NCBI GenBank assembly: GCA_965223265.1
Contig: OZ244999.1
Coordinates: 2,048,001-2,112,000, forward strand
From: Planctomycetota bacterium
Lineage (GTDB): Bacteria > Planctomycetota > UBA8108 > SXIK01
DNA: 64,000 nucleotides
Direction of reading: 5' to 3'
Shown here: one piece after another, positions 48,801-59,342 of the stretch
How the letters are laid out: every line of letters starts with the position of its first letter
Numbering within the stretch: the first letter of the stretch is position 1
Notes under the pieces: model-generated
Told to the model about the DNA's origin: nothing
What the model saw: only the letters and a program-made list of their open reading frames with translations
Databases searched by the model: none
Program-made: the position numbers and the translations under genes

Positions 48801-48942
48801 CGTAGAACTCGTCGGCGCTGACGCAGCCGCGCGCCGGGTCGCCGTTGCCCACGTCGACTCCGGCGTGCACCGAGTGGAAGAGACTGAAACAGACGGCCAA
48901 CGCGGCCACGATGGGGGTGAAAAGATAGGGGCTCGATCTCAT
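45826..48942 (-). CDS. Secreted protein with six tandem ~150-aa Cys-containing repeats and dockerin-like tail
   Basis: Six units ending GAEIC(I/V)DxICWxC; tail FRRGDCNNDG...CGEDPTEDPLDC. Confidence 0.85.
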   Translation of the reverse strand: MRSSPYLFTPIVAALAVCFSLFHSVHAGVDVGNGDPARGCVSADEFYADEGTHDEVVLGPIKVQQAVSPNGAAMPLAIMDCNRDEKLDLFIRLSSEDAAPPARFLVWDACPGTGPNRVSFTFSQGSETATWRAFDMAGVWVDTVVSPASATNQTIQLEYVGGIRWIEVVGAEICVDLICWTCPTTTPPTNCVQAEDHYDRPLFGQATIPLGPVSVNSARFPNGDIVGLDVVDCDDDGELELSIPWSEETALTFAKIFFQPVCEGSAPKAVTIDFRHGVEEVKWVAYSPAGDMVDVEVTPNLGMQQSVTLASDDGIFYVEVVGAEICIDRICWRCRAPADRCVSADEFFDREALGLNPVDLGPVRATPATLPTGEVAGLNIRDCDNDRELELEIPWSEESGKELAKIFFRGACDPGEPTRVEITFSQGVPEVEWRAYSPGGALVDVKTTFQMMNAQTVVLESAQTIMWVEVVGAEICIDKICWDCEPVREDEPCVKPGTFFGGPAFDLNLVVMDQFRARAAVLPNGDVAGLNIHDCDDDGELELEIPWSEETAQQLARLWFRGVCEPGEPSRVSIKFRQFVNEVKWVAYAADGSVVDSETTVQVPDSQTVVLGGVKPILYVEVTGAEICIDEICWDCDPREPPEDCLEPGQFYDEAFEDETIEFGGAAVSAGVDESGAVVPVRVVDCDNDGQLEVFILESSPDWEKPAMIHLSRVCDGDGPYRVEISFRQGSQQVLWTAIGVGGGVVDAEVTLNPGLPQTVVLAAAEPIARVLVRGAEICIDRICWDCEPPREPPETCRDASTSFSRPTPNLPSIDLDGVSIHAAVLPGFVGIVPLNIRDCDDDGDLEIEVPWSEATAPIPAVIGFEQLCDRAYPVEVAITFSQGAPPSTWRAFDAGGALVDTQVAPAAGGPQTVILSGPEIRRVTIEGAEICIDEICWRCRREEEGFRRGDCNNDGTMDISDSLFSLNYLFVEGSDTPTCDDACDVNDDGGMDISDGLYGLNALFVRGAPPPPPPVSRCGEDPTEDPLDCAEYDWCDA

Positions 48943-49497
48943 AACACACCTCACTTTCGAGAAAAGAGATCCCGATACAGGCCCAAGGTCTGCAGGAACC
49001 GTGGGGAGGTGTGGGGGGAGGGCTCAGAAAAAACGGAAAGTTCGTTCGCCTTGGATATAAGTTGTTTTTTGAAAGCATCTTAGGTGGCTGGCCTCGCCGG
49101 CGTCGGGCGGTAAAACTGACGACGCCACGCCGCTGGGAGCCGCCACTGCCGTGGTGCGTTTCGTTCGGTGTCACTCTCCTGAAGAGCCGCGGTGCTCCGG
49201 AGCCAGAAAAGTGACCGGACGGCCCACCGTGTCATGCTACCGCAGGTATCAAATGGCCAAACTCGAGCTCGCAGCGCGTCGACGCCGCCATTTGGCCACT
49301 CGACGCCCAGCTCGACCGTGTCAACACGCGAAGAGAATACGCGACTGGGCGTCGCAGCTGGGAGAGGGCCTGATCAAACGTTGCCTGCAGTGCCCAAAGG
49401 CAGCAGACGAGTGAGAAATCGATCCGCGACCGCAGTATACTCGTGAGTCCGCGCGGCGCGCGTCGCCGGACTCGACTCACACCTGGATGCAGACTTG

Positions 49498-50730
49498 ATG
49501 CAGCTTTTCAACACGCTCAACGGCAAGAAGGAAGAATTCCGTCCCATCGGCGCCGGCCGGGTCGGTATGTACCACTGTGGACCGACGATCAAGGAGCCGC
49601 TCAACCTCAGTAAGTTTCGATCGTACCTGTTGGCGGATCTGCTGCGGCGTAAGTTTGAGTTCGACGGTTTTGAGGTGGTGCAGGTGATGAACATCACCGA
49701 CGTCGGCCACCTCAACGAGTTTGAAGAGGATGTCGTTGAGATTGCTGCAGCTCGCCGCGGCATGTACGCCTCGGAGTTGATCGAGCGGCAAGAGAAGATC
49801 TTTCACGAAGATCGGCGTGCGCTCCACATCCTCGACGCGCACCACTACCCGCACGCACGTGAACACATCGATGACATGGTCCACACGGTCCAGGAGCTGG
49901 AGAGCGCCGGACGCACCTACAAAGCTGACGGCAACCTTTATTTTGACGTGACATCGTCGAAGCTACTCGGGAAGCTCAGCGGCAAGAGCAGCACTGAGCT
50001 CACCACAGCCATCGAAGCGTCGAGGACAAAGCCGCATCCCGGCAAACGTCATGGGCTCGACATCGAACTGTGGCGGACCGACCTGGAGCACCAGCGACAC
50101 TGGAAAAGCCCATGGGGGCGCGGTTTTCCTGGTTGGCACGTCGAGTGTGTCGCCATGGGGAGAAAGTACCTTGGTCCACGCTTCGATATTCACACCGGGG
50201 CGCACGACAACGTCTTCCCACACCACGAGTGTGAGATCGCACAAGCGGAGGCGCTCAGCGGCGAGGTGTTCGCGAACTACTGGCTGCATTCGGCCGAAGT
50301 ACTCGTCGACGGACAGCCGATGAGTCTTGCCAACCGTAATGTCGTCACGATTCACGAGCTCCTCGAGGCTGGGTTCCGGGGCTCGGTGCTGCGTGTCGCA
50401 CTGCTCGGTATCGACTACCGCGAGACGCTTGACTTCGGCGACGAGCGGCTCGACGACGCCCGTGGTAAGGCCAACGCGGTCCTCGGATTCTACGAGTACC
50501 TCAAGGACGAGACCGCTGGAAAGAAAGACGGGGGCGGAGCTGTGGGGGAGTGGATTCAGGTCACCGAGGAGAAGTTTCAGCGCGCGCTCGACGACGATCT
50601 GAATTATCCTGCCGCGCTGCAGGCGGTCGTCGACGTCATCGACGAGCTTGAGCCCGAGGGCGTCGGCGATGCCGGCGCGGCGAAAGCCGCGATCGAGCGT
50701 TGGGACCGTGTGCTCGGAATTCTCGGTTAG
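49498..50730 (+). CDS. Cysteine--tRNA ligase paralog with degenerate HIGH/KMSKS
   Basis: CGPT, VMNITDVGH, SPWGRGFPGWHVEC and FPHHECEIAQ are retained; HIGH site reads NLSK and KMSKS site reads PMSLA; about 410 aa. Confidence 0.8.
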   Translation: MQLFNTLNGKKEEFRPIGAGRVGMYHCGPTIKEPLNLSKFRSYLLADLLRRKFEFDGFEVVQVMNITDVGHLNEFEEDVVEIAAARRGMYASELIERQEKIFHEDRRALHILDAHHYPHAREHIDDMVHTVQELESAGRTYKADGNLYFDVTSSKLLGKLSGKSSTELTTAIEASRTKPHPGKRHGLDIELWRTDLEHQRHWKSPWGRGFPGWHVECVAMGRKYLGPRFDIHTGAHDNVFPHHECEIAQAEALSGEVFANYWLHSAEVLVDGQPMSLANRNVVTIHELLEAGFRGSVLRVALLGIDYRETLDFGDERLDDARGKANAVLGFYEYLKDETAGKKDGGGAVGEWIQVTEEKFQRALDDDLNYPAALQAVVDVIDELEPEGVGDAGAAKAAIERWDRVLGILG

Positions 50731-50850
50731 CCGCCTCACCGCTTGCGCGGGAGCTGAGTCTGAACTGCTTGCTCTTTTCTGAAACGGGCTTTGCAGTAAC
50801 CTCGCGTGCCGCGATGTCTCGAAACCTGAGACCGTGAAACTGCGAGCGAG

Positions 50851-51066
50851 TCAGACCTTCCTCGCCCGGCTCGCTTCCAGCTCGCATTCCCGTTTCTTCT
50901 CGGGGCAGTCGGCGCAGGCATCGCAAACCGGCTCGCCGTTCTCGTCAGTCCACGTGCTGAGCCCGCCGCACGAGCCGCGGATGCGTTTGCCCGCGAAGAT
51001 CACGCCGACCGACATGGCAAGGATGACGAGGAGGAAAACGATCAGCGTTGCTACGAAGGCTTTCAC
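50851..51066 (-). CDS. nqrM: Na+-NQR maturation factor NqrM (DUF539)
   Basis: TM helix then IRGSCGGL..CDAC.DC; lies after apbE in the nqr operon. Confidence 0.85.
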   Translation of the reverse strand: MKAFVATLIVFLLVILAMSVGVIFAGKRIRGSCGGLSTWTDENGEPVCDACADCPEKKRECELEASRARKV

Positions 51067-51168
51067 ACGTCACCTCGGCCGGCTGCAGGGGCTGATTCGG
51101 CGCCGTAGGGTTTTTGGGAGCGAGTTCGGGGGATCTGTGTCACGGCGTTGTCCTCTCCGCGAATTCAA

Positions 51169-52296
51169 CTACGCTTCGGAAGCCCGCGGCACGGTGCGGT
51201 CGCGAAGACGGAGTCGCCAAATGACTCCGATCACGAGCACGCCGAGGATAACGTACCCCCACACGCTGCGGCTCTCTCGCGGGTGAAGCTGCTGCATGGC
51301 GGGCGTCTCCTTAACTTCCCAGCCGTCTGCGCCGCGCAGAATCATGAGCACGGGCCAGCCGCTCTCTACAGCAAGATCATAGCCCGAGTCGGGGCCCAAG
51401 ACCAGAAGGCCCGTGGCGAGTGCGTCGGCCTCCATGCACGACGGGCGGACCACCGATACCGACGCCAGAGCGTGCTCCACTGGGCGCCCGGTGCGCGGGT
51501 CGATGGTGTGTGAGTACCGCTTACCGTCGTGGACAAAGAATTTGCGGTAGTCACCGGAGGTCGCCATGGCCTCGCCCGCCAGAGCGACCCGCGCGTGCGC
51601 GCGCCGGAGGGATTCCGATGGCGTTTCGATCCCAGCGATCCACGGCGTGCCGGACGGCTTCGGCTTCCCGACGCGAACCTCGCCTCCGATGTCGACCCAG
51701 TAGCTCAGCCTGCCGATGGACTCGAGATACTCGCTGACGACGTCCACCGCGTAGCCCTTAGCGATCGCTGACAGGTCGATCGCCACGCCGGGCTCGCTCT
51801 TGCGCAGCGCGGGAGGCTGCAATCTCACATTGATCTTGTCGGCACCGATGCGCTCGACGAGTTTCGCGACCGCTTCGGGCGTCGGCGGCGTGTCGCGCGC
51901 CGGGTCAGGCCCGAAGCCCCAAAGATCCACCAGTGGGCGCACGGTGACGTCGAACGCTCCCGACGTCGAGCGGTGCACGGTGAGCGCCGCTTCGACGACC
52001 GTCGCAGTTGCTGGCGAGACACTGAACCAGTCGCTATCGTCGTGGGCCGCGAATCGCGACACATCGGAGTCGTCAATGTATGTCGACATGGCGCGGTTGA
52101 TCGCTTGCAGGCGTCGTTCGATTTCCTCGCCGATCTCCGGCGGCGGTGGAGCTCCGTCTCCGCGTGGGAGCTTGACGCTGTACGACGTTCCCATCGTCGC
52201 ACCGCGGAACTCCACGAGGGCGTCGCCGCGCTGCTCCGCGCAAGCGACGACCGCGACGACGCAGGCGACAAGACCTGTGATCGTGAGTCGGAGCAT
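51169..52296 (-). CDS. apbE: FAD:protein FMN transferase
   Basis: TMGT, DLSAIAKGYAVD, ATSGDY, HTIDPRTG, ADALATG. Confidence 0.93.
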   Translation of the reverse strand: MLRLTITGLVACVVAVVACAEQRGDALVEFRGATMGTSYSVKLPRGDGAPPPPEIGEEIERRLQAINRAMSTYIDDSDVSRFAAHDDSDWFSVSPATATVVEAALTVHRSTSGAFDVTVRPLVDLWGFGPDPARDTPPTPEAVAKLVERIGADKINVRLQPPALRKSEPGVAIDLSAIAKGYAVDVVSEYLESIGRLSYWVDIGGEVRVGKPKPSGTPWIAGIETPSESLRRAHARVALAGEAMATSGDYRKFFVHDGKRYSHTIDPRTGRPVEHALASVSVVRPSCMEADALATGLLVLGPDSGYDLAVESGWPVLMILRGADGWEVKETPAMQQLHPRESRSVWGYVILGVLVIGVIWRLRLRDRTVPRASEA

Positions 52297-52439
52297 CGAA
52301 GTACCGCTGTCCTATTTCTGGCTGCTGAAGGCACTCGCGAGGCGCACTCTTCGTCGATCGTGCAGGCGGACGACGAACGCCGGACTTCTGGCTGCGTCTT
52401 GGCTCTGAGTTCGATCGCTACGCAGGTGCCTGAGAGGGT

Positions 52440-53705
52440 CTACCCGAAGTCGTCGAAGAGGATGTTCTCCTGCTCGACCCCGAGGTCATCGAGCAGCTTG
52501 AAGCATGCTTTCAACATCATCGGTGGGCCGCAGAGATAGTACTCGCAGTCCTCAGGGCTCGGATGATCCTTCAGGTAGTTGTCGTAGAGCACCTGATGAA
52601 TGAAGCCGACATATCCGTCCCACTTGTCCTCGGGCAGCGGATCCGAAAGGGCGACGTTCCACGTGAAGTTGGGATGTGACGCCGCCAAGCTGTCGAAATC
52701 CTCTTCGTAGAACATTTCGCGCTTGCTGCGCGCTCCATACCAAAAGCTGATTTTCCGTTTTGAGTTGATCCGCTTCATCAAATCGAACAGATGGGAGCGC
52801 ATTGGCGCCATGCCTGCGCCACCACCGATGTAGATCATCTCGGCTTCTGTGTCCTTGGCGAAGAACTCACCAAACGGTCCCGAAATCGTCACCTCATCAC
52901 CGGGCTTGAGGTCGAAGATCCACGACGACATTTTGCCCGGCGGTAGCTCCTTGGCCGCTGGCGGCGGCGTGGCTACGCGGACGTTGAGCATGATGATCCC
53001 CTTCTCCTCCGGGTAGTTCGCCATGGAGTACGCGCGGGTCACCACTTCATCGACTTTGGACTCGAGCTTCCACAGGTCGTACTTGTCCCAATCGGCGCGG
53101 TATTCGTCTTCGATGTCGAACGACGAATACTTCAGGGCATGCGGCGGACATTCGATCTGGATGAAGCCACCGGCCCGAAAATCGACGTTCTCGCCAGGCG
53201 GCAACTCGAGAATCAGTTCTTTGATGAACGTCGCCACATTGTGATTCGACCGCACCTTGCATTGCCACTTCTTGACCTCGAAGACCTCCGCTGGCACCTC
53301 GATGCGCATGTCCGATTTTACCGCGACCTGGCACGATAGACGGACTCCCTCGGCTGCCTCGCGTTTGGTGATGTGGTCTCGCTCGGTCGGCAGAATGTCG
53401 CCTCCGCCTTCGAAAATCTTGACCTTGCACTGCGCGCACGTACCGCCGCCGCCGCAAGCCGATGAAACGAAAATCTTCTTGTCGGCAAGAGCGCCGAGGA
53501 GTTTGCCGCCGCACGGAACCGAAAGTGCATGCTCTTCGTCGTCGTTGACGACAACGCGGACGTTGCCGCTCGCGACCAGTCGCGACTTGGCGACGAGGAT
53601 AACAGCGACGAGCGCCAACACGACCGCCGTGAACATCGTGACGCCATAGAAAATGTGAAGTGCTGGCGCCGTTTCGGCGGCGGCGGCGAGAAGCAGAGAG
53701 CTCAT
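52440..53705 (-). CDS. nqrF: Na+-NQR subunit F
   Basis: [45 protein letters not shown]. Confidence 0.97.
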   Translation of the reverse strand: MSSLLLAAAAETAPALHIFYGVTMFTAVVLALVAVILVAKSRLVASGNVRVVVNDDEEHALSVPCGGKLLGALADKKIFVSSACGGGGTCAQCKVKIFEGGGDILPTERDHITKREAAEGVRLSCQVAVKSDMRIEVPAEVFEVKKWQCKVRSNHNVATFIKELILELPPGENVDFRAGGFIQIECPPHALKYSSFDIEDEYRADWDKYDLWKLESKVDEVVTRAYSMANYPEEKGIIMLNVRVATPPPAAKELPPGKMSSWIFDLKPGDEVTISGPFGEFFAKDTEAEMIYIGGGAGMAPMRSHLFDLMKRINSKRKISFWYGARSKREMFYEEDFDSLAASHPNFTWNVALSDPLPEDKWDGYVGFIHQVLYDNYLKDHPSPEDCEYYLCGPPMMLKACFKLLDDLGVEQENILFDDFG

Positions 53706-53720
53706 AAATCCACTCGAAGT

Positions 53721-54299
53721 CTACATTCCGGAGAAGGCCATGAATGCGAGGGCCATGAGGCCGACGATGATGAACGTGATTCCGAGCCCGCGAAGGCCGT
53801 GCGGTACATCGCTGTACTTGAGCTTTTCCCGAATGCCGGCGAGTGCGATGATCGCGATCGCCCAGCCAACGCCGGAGCCGACGCCGAAGATGACGCTCTG
53901 GCCGAAGGCGTAGTCGCGTTCGACCATGAACAGGGTACCGCCAAGAATTGCACAGTTGACCGTGATGAGCGGCAGGAAGATACCGAGCGCGTTGTAGAGC
54001 GCCGGGAAGAACCGGTCGAGAGTCATCTCGAGGATCTGTACCATCGCAGCGATCACACCGATATAGCTGATCAATCCTAAAAACGTCAAATCCAGGGGCT
54101 TCAGGAGGTGCTGAAAAATCAAGTTGTTGATCGGCACAGTGAGGCTCTGGATCACGATCACCGCAATGCCGAGACCGACAGCGGTGCTGACGCGCTTGGA
54201 AACCGCGATGAACGTGCACATGCCGAGAAAGAAAGCCAGCGCGAGATTCTCGACGAACACGGACTTGACGAAAAGACTGGCGGATTCTCCGAGCATCAC
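53721..54299 (-). CDS. nqrE: Na+-NQR subunit E
   Basis: [24 protein letters not shown]. Confidence 0.95.
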   Translation of the reverse strand: MMLGESASLFVKSVFVENLALAFFLGMCTFIAVSKRVSTAVGLGIAVIVIQSLTVPINNLIFQHLLKPLDLTFLGLISYIGVIAAMVQILEMTLDRFFPALYNALGIFLPLITVNCAILGGTLFMVERDYAFGQSVIFGVGSGVGWAIAIIALAGIREKLKYSDVPHGLRGLGITFIIVGLMALAFMAFSGM

Positions 54300-54922
54300 T
54301 CAGCCTCGATTTGATCTGTTTTCCAGGTGCGAAGCGCCCAGATCATGAACCCGATGATGAAGAACGCGCTCGGCGGCAGAAGGAGCAGGCCATTGGGGAC
54401 GTACCAGCCGCCTTCAGTGCTGAGCTTGAAAATCTCATAGCCGTAGAGTTTGCCGGAGCCAAAGAGCTCCCGCGTGAATCCGACCCCAAGAAGGATGATG
54501 CTGTACCCGATGCCGTTACCGACACCATCGAGAAAGCTCGTCTTGACGTCGTTTTGCATCGCGAAACCTTCGGCGCGACCCATGACGATGCAGTTCGTGA
54601 TGATCAGACCGACGAAGACGCTCATCTCTTTACTCGTTTCGTAGTTGAACGCCTTCAAGAACTCGTCGACGACCATGACGAGCGTCGCGATGATCGTCAT
54701 TTGGCAGATGATGCGGATCGAGCTTGGGATGTGATTGCGGATGAGACTCACAGCAGCATTCGCGAACGCCACCACGAAGATCACTGCTATGCACATGGTC
54801 ACGGTAGGCTGCATCTTCGTCGTCACGGCGAGCGCCGAACAGATGCCAAGGCACTGCTTTGCGATGGGGTTATCACCGAAGACCGGGTTGAGGAGTGCCT
54901 CTTTGGCTTTGGTCTTTGCCAT
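54296..54922 (-). CDS. nqrD: Na+-NQR subunit D
   Basis: [32 protein letters not shown]. Confidence 0.95.
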   Translation of the reverse strand: MAKTKAKEALLNPVFGDNPIAKQCLGICSALAVTTKMQPTVTMCIAVIFVVAFANAAVSLIRNHIPSSIRIICQMTIIATLVMVVDEFLKAFNYETSKEMSVFVGLIITNCIVMGRAEGFAMQNDVKTSFLDGVGNGIGYSIILLGVGFTRELFGSGKLYGYEIFKLSTEGGWYVPNGLLLLPPSAFFIIGFMIWALRTWKTDQIEAE

Positions 54923-54927
54923 TGGAG

Positions 54928-55725
54928 TCAACCTCGCTGCTCTTGTCTGAATTTCTTGAGGAAGTGGCCATAGCCATGATCCCCAAGCCAAAAGCGGATC
55001 AAGTTCGTGACGCCTCGCGACGTGATGGTCGCCCCCGACAGGCCGTCAACTTTGAAGCGGGCAGCGGGGTCGTCCGCTGGGACCCTTCCTTTCAGCACTT
55101 CCACTCGAACTGAGCCCAGGTCGTCCGGGTCGAAAGCGAGCTTGCCGCGCCACTGTTGTTTCCAGTTCTTGTTCTCGACTTCGCCGCCGAGACCCGGGGT
55201 TTCGCCATGCTTGTAGAACGTTAGTCCCTTGATCTCATTGCCATCCTGAGCCAAGGCGACGAACCCGTAGAGCGTTGACCACAGACCGTAGCCTCGCACC
55301 GGCAGCACGAGGAAGTCGCCGGTCGGATCCTGGAAACGGTAAACAACACCGTACTTTGCGCGGCGCTGAACCCGAGCGATGTCGACATCCGACGGGAGCT
55401 TCTGCTCCTGCTTGGCGGCTTCATCTTGATCGTATTCGTCGGCCGTAGCGATGTTCAGTTGACTGGGGCTGACGTAGTCACCGGTGGCGAAGTCGACGAT
55501 TTGAGTCTCGACGCGCTCAAAGGCCGATTCGATCTCCTCGCGCGACGGAGCGCCGTCGTCCGCGATCGCGCCCGCGGCGATCAATATGTTCTTTCTCTTG
55601 TCGAGTTCGCGGTTGGCTTCTTGTCGGCCGCGCAGCAGCACTGCCGATGTCGACACAAAGACCGAGCAAACGGCGCAGAGGAGGAATGCGACCAGGAATG
55701 TTTTGAGAATCGAGTCGTTCTGCAT
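54928..55725 (-). CDS. nqrC: Na+-NQR subunit C
   Basis: [23 protein letters not shown] (FMN attachment Thr). Confidence 0.95.
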   Translation of the reverse strand: MQNDSILKTFLVAFLLCAVCSVFVSTSAVLLRGRQEANRELDKRKNILIAAGAIADDGAPSREEIESAFERVETQIVDFATGDYVSPSQLNIATADEYDQDEAAKQEQKLPSDVDIARVQRRAKYGVVYRFQDPTGDFLVLPVRGYGLWSTLYGFVALAQDGNEIKGLTFYKHGETPGLGGEVENKNWKQQWRGKLAFDPDDLGSVRVEVLKGRVPADDPAARFKVDGLSGATITSRGVTNLIRFWLGDHGYGHFLKKFRQEQRG

Positions 55726-55834
55726 GGCGATCGCCTTGGCAGCACAGACAGGCGCGCGACGCAAACCGTCGCTGCAGGCCCTGCTGCTCTATCTATATGT
55801 CGCTCTCAACGTGCTGAGTGTCTCTTCTTCGGCG

Positions 55835-57079
55835 TTACCCATCGTCACGGCCGTCAGTACTGCCGCCTTGTGGTCGTGTACGAGCGAGTCGTCTCTTGAT
55901 GTTAGCTTGAAGAACGTAATGGTCCATCACCGGCGCGAAGACATTCCCGAAAAGGATCGCCAGCATGATGCCTTCCGGAAAAGCCGGATTGACGACCCGG
56001 ATGAGAATCGTCATGGCACCGATGAGCAGACCGTAGAGCCACTTGCCGACGTTTGTCATGGCGGCGGAAACCGGATCGGTGGCCATGAAAACCGTGCCGA
56101 ACGCGAATCCACCCACGACGAGGTGCCAGTGCGGTGCCATTTGGAACATCGGATTGGCACTGTCGGAGCCGAGGGCGTAAAACGCCGACGACAACGCGAG
56201 CGCGCCGATCACGACGCTTGCCATGATGCGCCACGAGCCGACGCCCGTGCCGATGAGCACGACAGCACCGATCAAACAAGCGAGCGCTGAGGTCTCTCCC
56301 ATCGAACCCTGGACGGTGCCGAGGAACATGTCCATCCACGTCTCATGGACGGCCTCCATGCCGCCGGCGGCCGCGGCGCCGAGCGGTGTGGCGCGGCTGA
56401 AGCCGTCGGCTGCAGTCCATACGGTGTCGCCGGAGATTTGTGCCGGGTACGCGAAGTAGAGGAATGCGCGCGCCGTGAGCGCGGGGTTGAGGAAGTTGCG
56501 CCCCGTGCCACCGAAGACCTCTTTACCGAGGACAACGCCGAACGAGATGCCGATGGCGACTTGCCACAAAGGTATGGTCGGCGGCAGCGTCAAAGGAAAG
56601 AGCATGCCAGTGACAAGGAACCCCTCGTTGATTTCATGCTTGCGGACGATCGCGAACAAGGCTTCCCAGAAACCTCCCACGACGTTGCAGACGATAAACA
56701 CTGGCAGGAAGTACAGTGCCCCGTGGACGAGGTTCGCGACGATACTTTGAGGATCATATCCCACGCCCAGCATGTCGATGATGGTGCCTCGCCACCCTGC
56801 TGCGGCAGCCGCTTCCGAGACACCCGCTAGCGCCAAGTTTGCCTGGTAGCCCGTGTTGACGAACGCCATCAGAATGCACGGCACGAGCGCTGCGACCACG
56901 GTGATCATCATGCGCTTGAGGTCCATGGCATCGCGCACGTGGGCAGCGCCCTTCGTCGTCTCCCCCGGCGTGTAGAGAAACGTGTCGAGCATCTCGTACG
57001 CCGGATAGAGCTTGGCAAGCTTGCCACCGTCCACGAAGAGAGGGTGGAGTTTATCGAGAAACTTTCTCAGTGGCTTCAT
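55835..57079 (-). CDS. nqrB: Na+-NQR subunit B
   Basis: [43 protein letters not shown]. Confidence 0.95.
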   Translation of the reverse strand: MKPLRKFLDKLHPLFVDGGKLAKLYPAYEMLDTFLYTPGETTKGAAHVRDAMDLKRMMITVVAALVPCILMAFVNTGYQANLALAGVSEAAAAAGWRGTIIDMLGVGYDPQSIVANLVHGALYFLPVFIVCNVVGGFWEALFAIVRKHEINEGFLVTGMLFPLTLPPTIPLWQVAIGISFGVVLGKEVFGGTGRNFLNPALTARAFLYFAYPAQISGDTVWTAADGFSRATPLGAAAAGGMEAVHETWMDMFLGTVQGSMGETSALACLIGAVVLIGTGVGSWRIMASVVIGALALSSAFYALGSDSANPMFQMAPHWHLVVGGFAFGTVFMATDPVSAAMTNVGKWLYGLLIGAMTILIRVVNPAFPEGIMLAILFGNVFAPVMDHYVLQANIKRRLARTRPQGGSTDGRDDG

Positions 57080-57082
57080 CGA

Positions 57083-58465
57083 CTACCCATCCCTCTCAAT
57101 GATCGTGAGGTTTTCGCGCAGAATGGGGCCGTACTCTTCCTTGCCTGGGCAGACAAATGAACACAGGCCGAGATCTTCTTCATCCAGCTCGAGGCAGCCG
57201 AGGGCTTGTGCCTGGTCTGTGTCTTTGACGAGTAGCGCGCGAAGGAGAAACGTCGGTTCCATGTCGAGCGGTACGACCTTTTCATAACTTCCGACGGGGA
57301 CCATCGCACGGCGGCTGCCGCCCGTAGACGTCGAGAACGCAAACTTCTTACCGCTCGTGAGGCTCGAGAGAAAGACTCTCTTGACGGAAAACTTGTCGAA
57401 GCCCGGGCTTTGCCAGCCAAGAAACTCGCGTTTATTTCCTTCCTCGACGGCGGAGACTTGGAGGTGGTATCGCCCCAGGAAGCGAAGCGTACCAGCGGCG
57501 CGGCGGCCCGAGAGCACTGACCCTGAGATGACTCGGATGTCGCCGTCCTCCAGTTCGTCCGCCATCAGTTGCGCCAAGTCCGCTCCGAGGCGTGTGCGCA
57601 CCAGCCGCGGGTTCTTGACCTTCGGGCCAGAGAGTGCGATGGTTCGGTCGGGAGCTACGCGACCCGTCGCAAAGAGTTTTCCGATGGCGACGACATCCTG
57701 ATAGCCGATATGCCAAACCGTCTTTTTGGGGCCGACGGGGTCGAGGAAGTGAACGTGCGTGCCGACGAGGCCGGCCGGATGAGGCCCGTCGAACTCGACT
57801 TCTTCGACTTGCCCGGGTGGGTTTGCACCGACGAGGCTCGCGCCCGGCCGACGACATACGAAGACGCGGCAGGCGCTCAAGGCGGCGACGGCGACCAAAC
57901 CGCGCTGGAATTCCTCTAGTGACGAGGCCAGCACGACCTCGGGGTCCGCAGCCAGTGGGTTGGTGTCGATGGCCGTAACAAAGATCGAGTGAGGCTCGGC
58001 GTCAGGAGCCGGGACCTTGCTGTAAGGGCGAGCGCGTAGAGCCGTCCACATCCCAGACTCAACGAGCGTGCTTCGAATCTCTTGGCTCGATTGTTCCTCG
58101 ACCGGCTTCGCCGTTGCCTTTTCGAACGTCACGGCCGGCTCATCATCGCCGACGCCTGGGTTGTCTAGTTCAATTTCGACGGAATCGAGAGCTCGCTTTT
58201 CGCCTCTGTGGATGGCGGTGACTTTGCCTGCAGCCGGCGACGTGTAGCGCACGCCGGGGGTCTTCTTGCAGCTAAAAACGGGGTCGCCGAGCTTGACTTG
58301 ATCGCCGACCTTGACGTGCATCGTCGGTCGCATTCCCACATAGTCGGGTCCCACGAGAGCGACCGACGCGACCGACACGGGCGCAGGCGAGGTCGTCTGC
58401 TCGGGTGTCCCCTGAATCGGCAGATCGAGTCCTTTGTTGATTTGAATCTTCTTCGCTGCTGCCAC
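57083..58465 (-). CDS. nqrA: Na+-NQR subunit A
   Basis: [32 protein letters not shown]; start estimated at GTG 58465 (ORF extends to 58567). Confidence 0.93.
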   Translation of the reverse strand: MAAAKKIQINKGLDLPIQGTPEQTTSPAPVSVASVALVGPDYVGMRPTMHVKVGDQVKLGDPVFSCKKTPGVRYTSPAAGKVTAIHRGEKRALDSVEIELDNPGVGDDEPAVTFEKATAKPVEEQSSQEIRSTLVESGMWTALRARPYSKVPAPDAEPHSIFVTAIDTNPLAADPEVVLASSLEEFQRGLVAVAALSACRVFVCRRPGASLVGANPPGQVEEVEFDGPHPAGLVGTHVHFLDPVGPKKTVWHIGYQDVVAIGKLFATGRVAPDRTIALSGPKVKNPRLVRTRLGADLAQLMADELEDGDIRVISGSVLSGRRAAGTLRFLGRYHLQVSAVEEGNKREFLGWQSPGFDKFSVKRVFLSSLTSGKKFAFSTSTGGSRRAMVPVGSYEKVVPLDMEPTFLLRALLVKDTDQAQALGCLELDEEDLGLCSFVCPGKEEYGPILRENLTIIERDG

Positions 58466-59019
58466 GTGTTCGCTCGAAATCACTCTGGTTTTGGCCGCTG
58501 CAAATGCCGGCGCTTCTGGCGCGGATTGCTCGAAAAAGGCGCTTCGGACGGGACTTCGAAGCGGCAACAGCCTGCTCGGTCGGAACTCAGATTCACAGCA
58601 GATGCCATGCGACGCGCGCTATCCATGAGGTCGGCTTTTCTGCATCGGCGTCGGCGGGGTCACGACCTGAGGGGGCGGGCTGGTTGCGGCGACGGGATTC
58701 TTGCAGTTCTTCCGATAACGGGGGGTGCTCACTTTACCAGCGAGCCAGTCGTTTTCGGGTTTTCCCGTCGAAGTCAGTCGTTCTCTCAGGGGGTCTTGCC
58801 GCGCCGGCGGCGCCGCGAAAAAGCACCAGGGCGGCCAAACGCGCGCCTTCTCGGCTTCTCCACCGCTTTTCCGAAAGCCACGTAGGATAGAGACTTCGGC
58901 ATCCAAACTCCAGAAGAATCGGGCGTAGAAAAGTCGTCCGGCTGGGAGGCGACTAGCCCCGACTTCGGCCGTACTTTTCCTTGCGCGTTAGCGGGGCTGG
59001 ACGTACAATAACACCATTC

Positions 59020-59049
59020 TTGCTGTATAATCTTTATATAATCTATAAA
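59020..59049 (+). promoter_or_regulatory. Putative sigma70 promoter with TATAATCT direct repeats
   Basis: TTGCTG-N18-TATAAA; TATAATCT at 59026 and 59037 in an AT-rich island. Confidence 0.5.
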
Positions 59050-59129
59050 TAACCGGTCGTTGCCACCTTCGCTGATGACAGTCGCCTGATGACATCGGCG
59101 TCTGACGGCAACTCTCCTCTCAGGCATCA

Positions 59130-59342
59130 ATGTCGAAATCGTCCAAAAAACTTGTGCGCACGTTCACCGCGACACCGCGCGACCTTCACATGCTCGAAGC
59201 GTTAGCGCGCTACCACGGCTTTTCGAAGAGTGCGACGATCACCAATCTGATCAAGAAGGAGTTTTGGCGCGTCTTTCCGAGCGGTACGGAGGCTGTTCCT
59301 CCGGACCCTGGCGCTCGGATCGAGCCGCAGGAGTCGTCATGA
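59130..59342 (+). CDS. Small ribbon-helix-helix-like protein
   Basis: 70 aa; strand-helix-helix pattern VRTFTA-PRDLHMLEALARYHG-SKSATITNLIKKE; ATGA overlap with nadA. Confidence 0.6.
   Translation: MSKSSKKLVRTFTATPRDLHMLEALARYHGFSKSATITNLIKKEFWRVFPSGTEAVPPDPGARIEPQESS

Noticed and set aside
58900-59129. Known riboswitch (NAD+ nadA motif or fluoride) upstream of nadA
   Set aside because: Only a GCTGATGAC fragment resembles the fluoride motif; the other conserved elements could not be found by eye.
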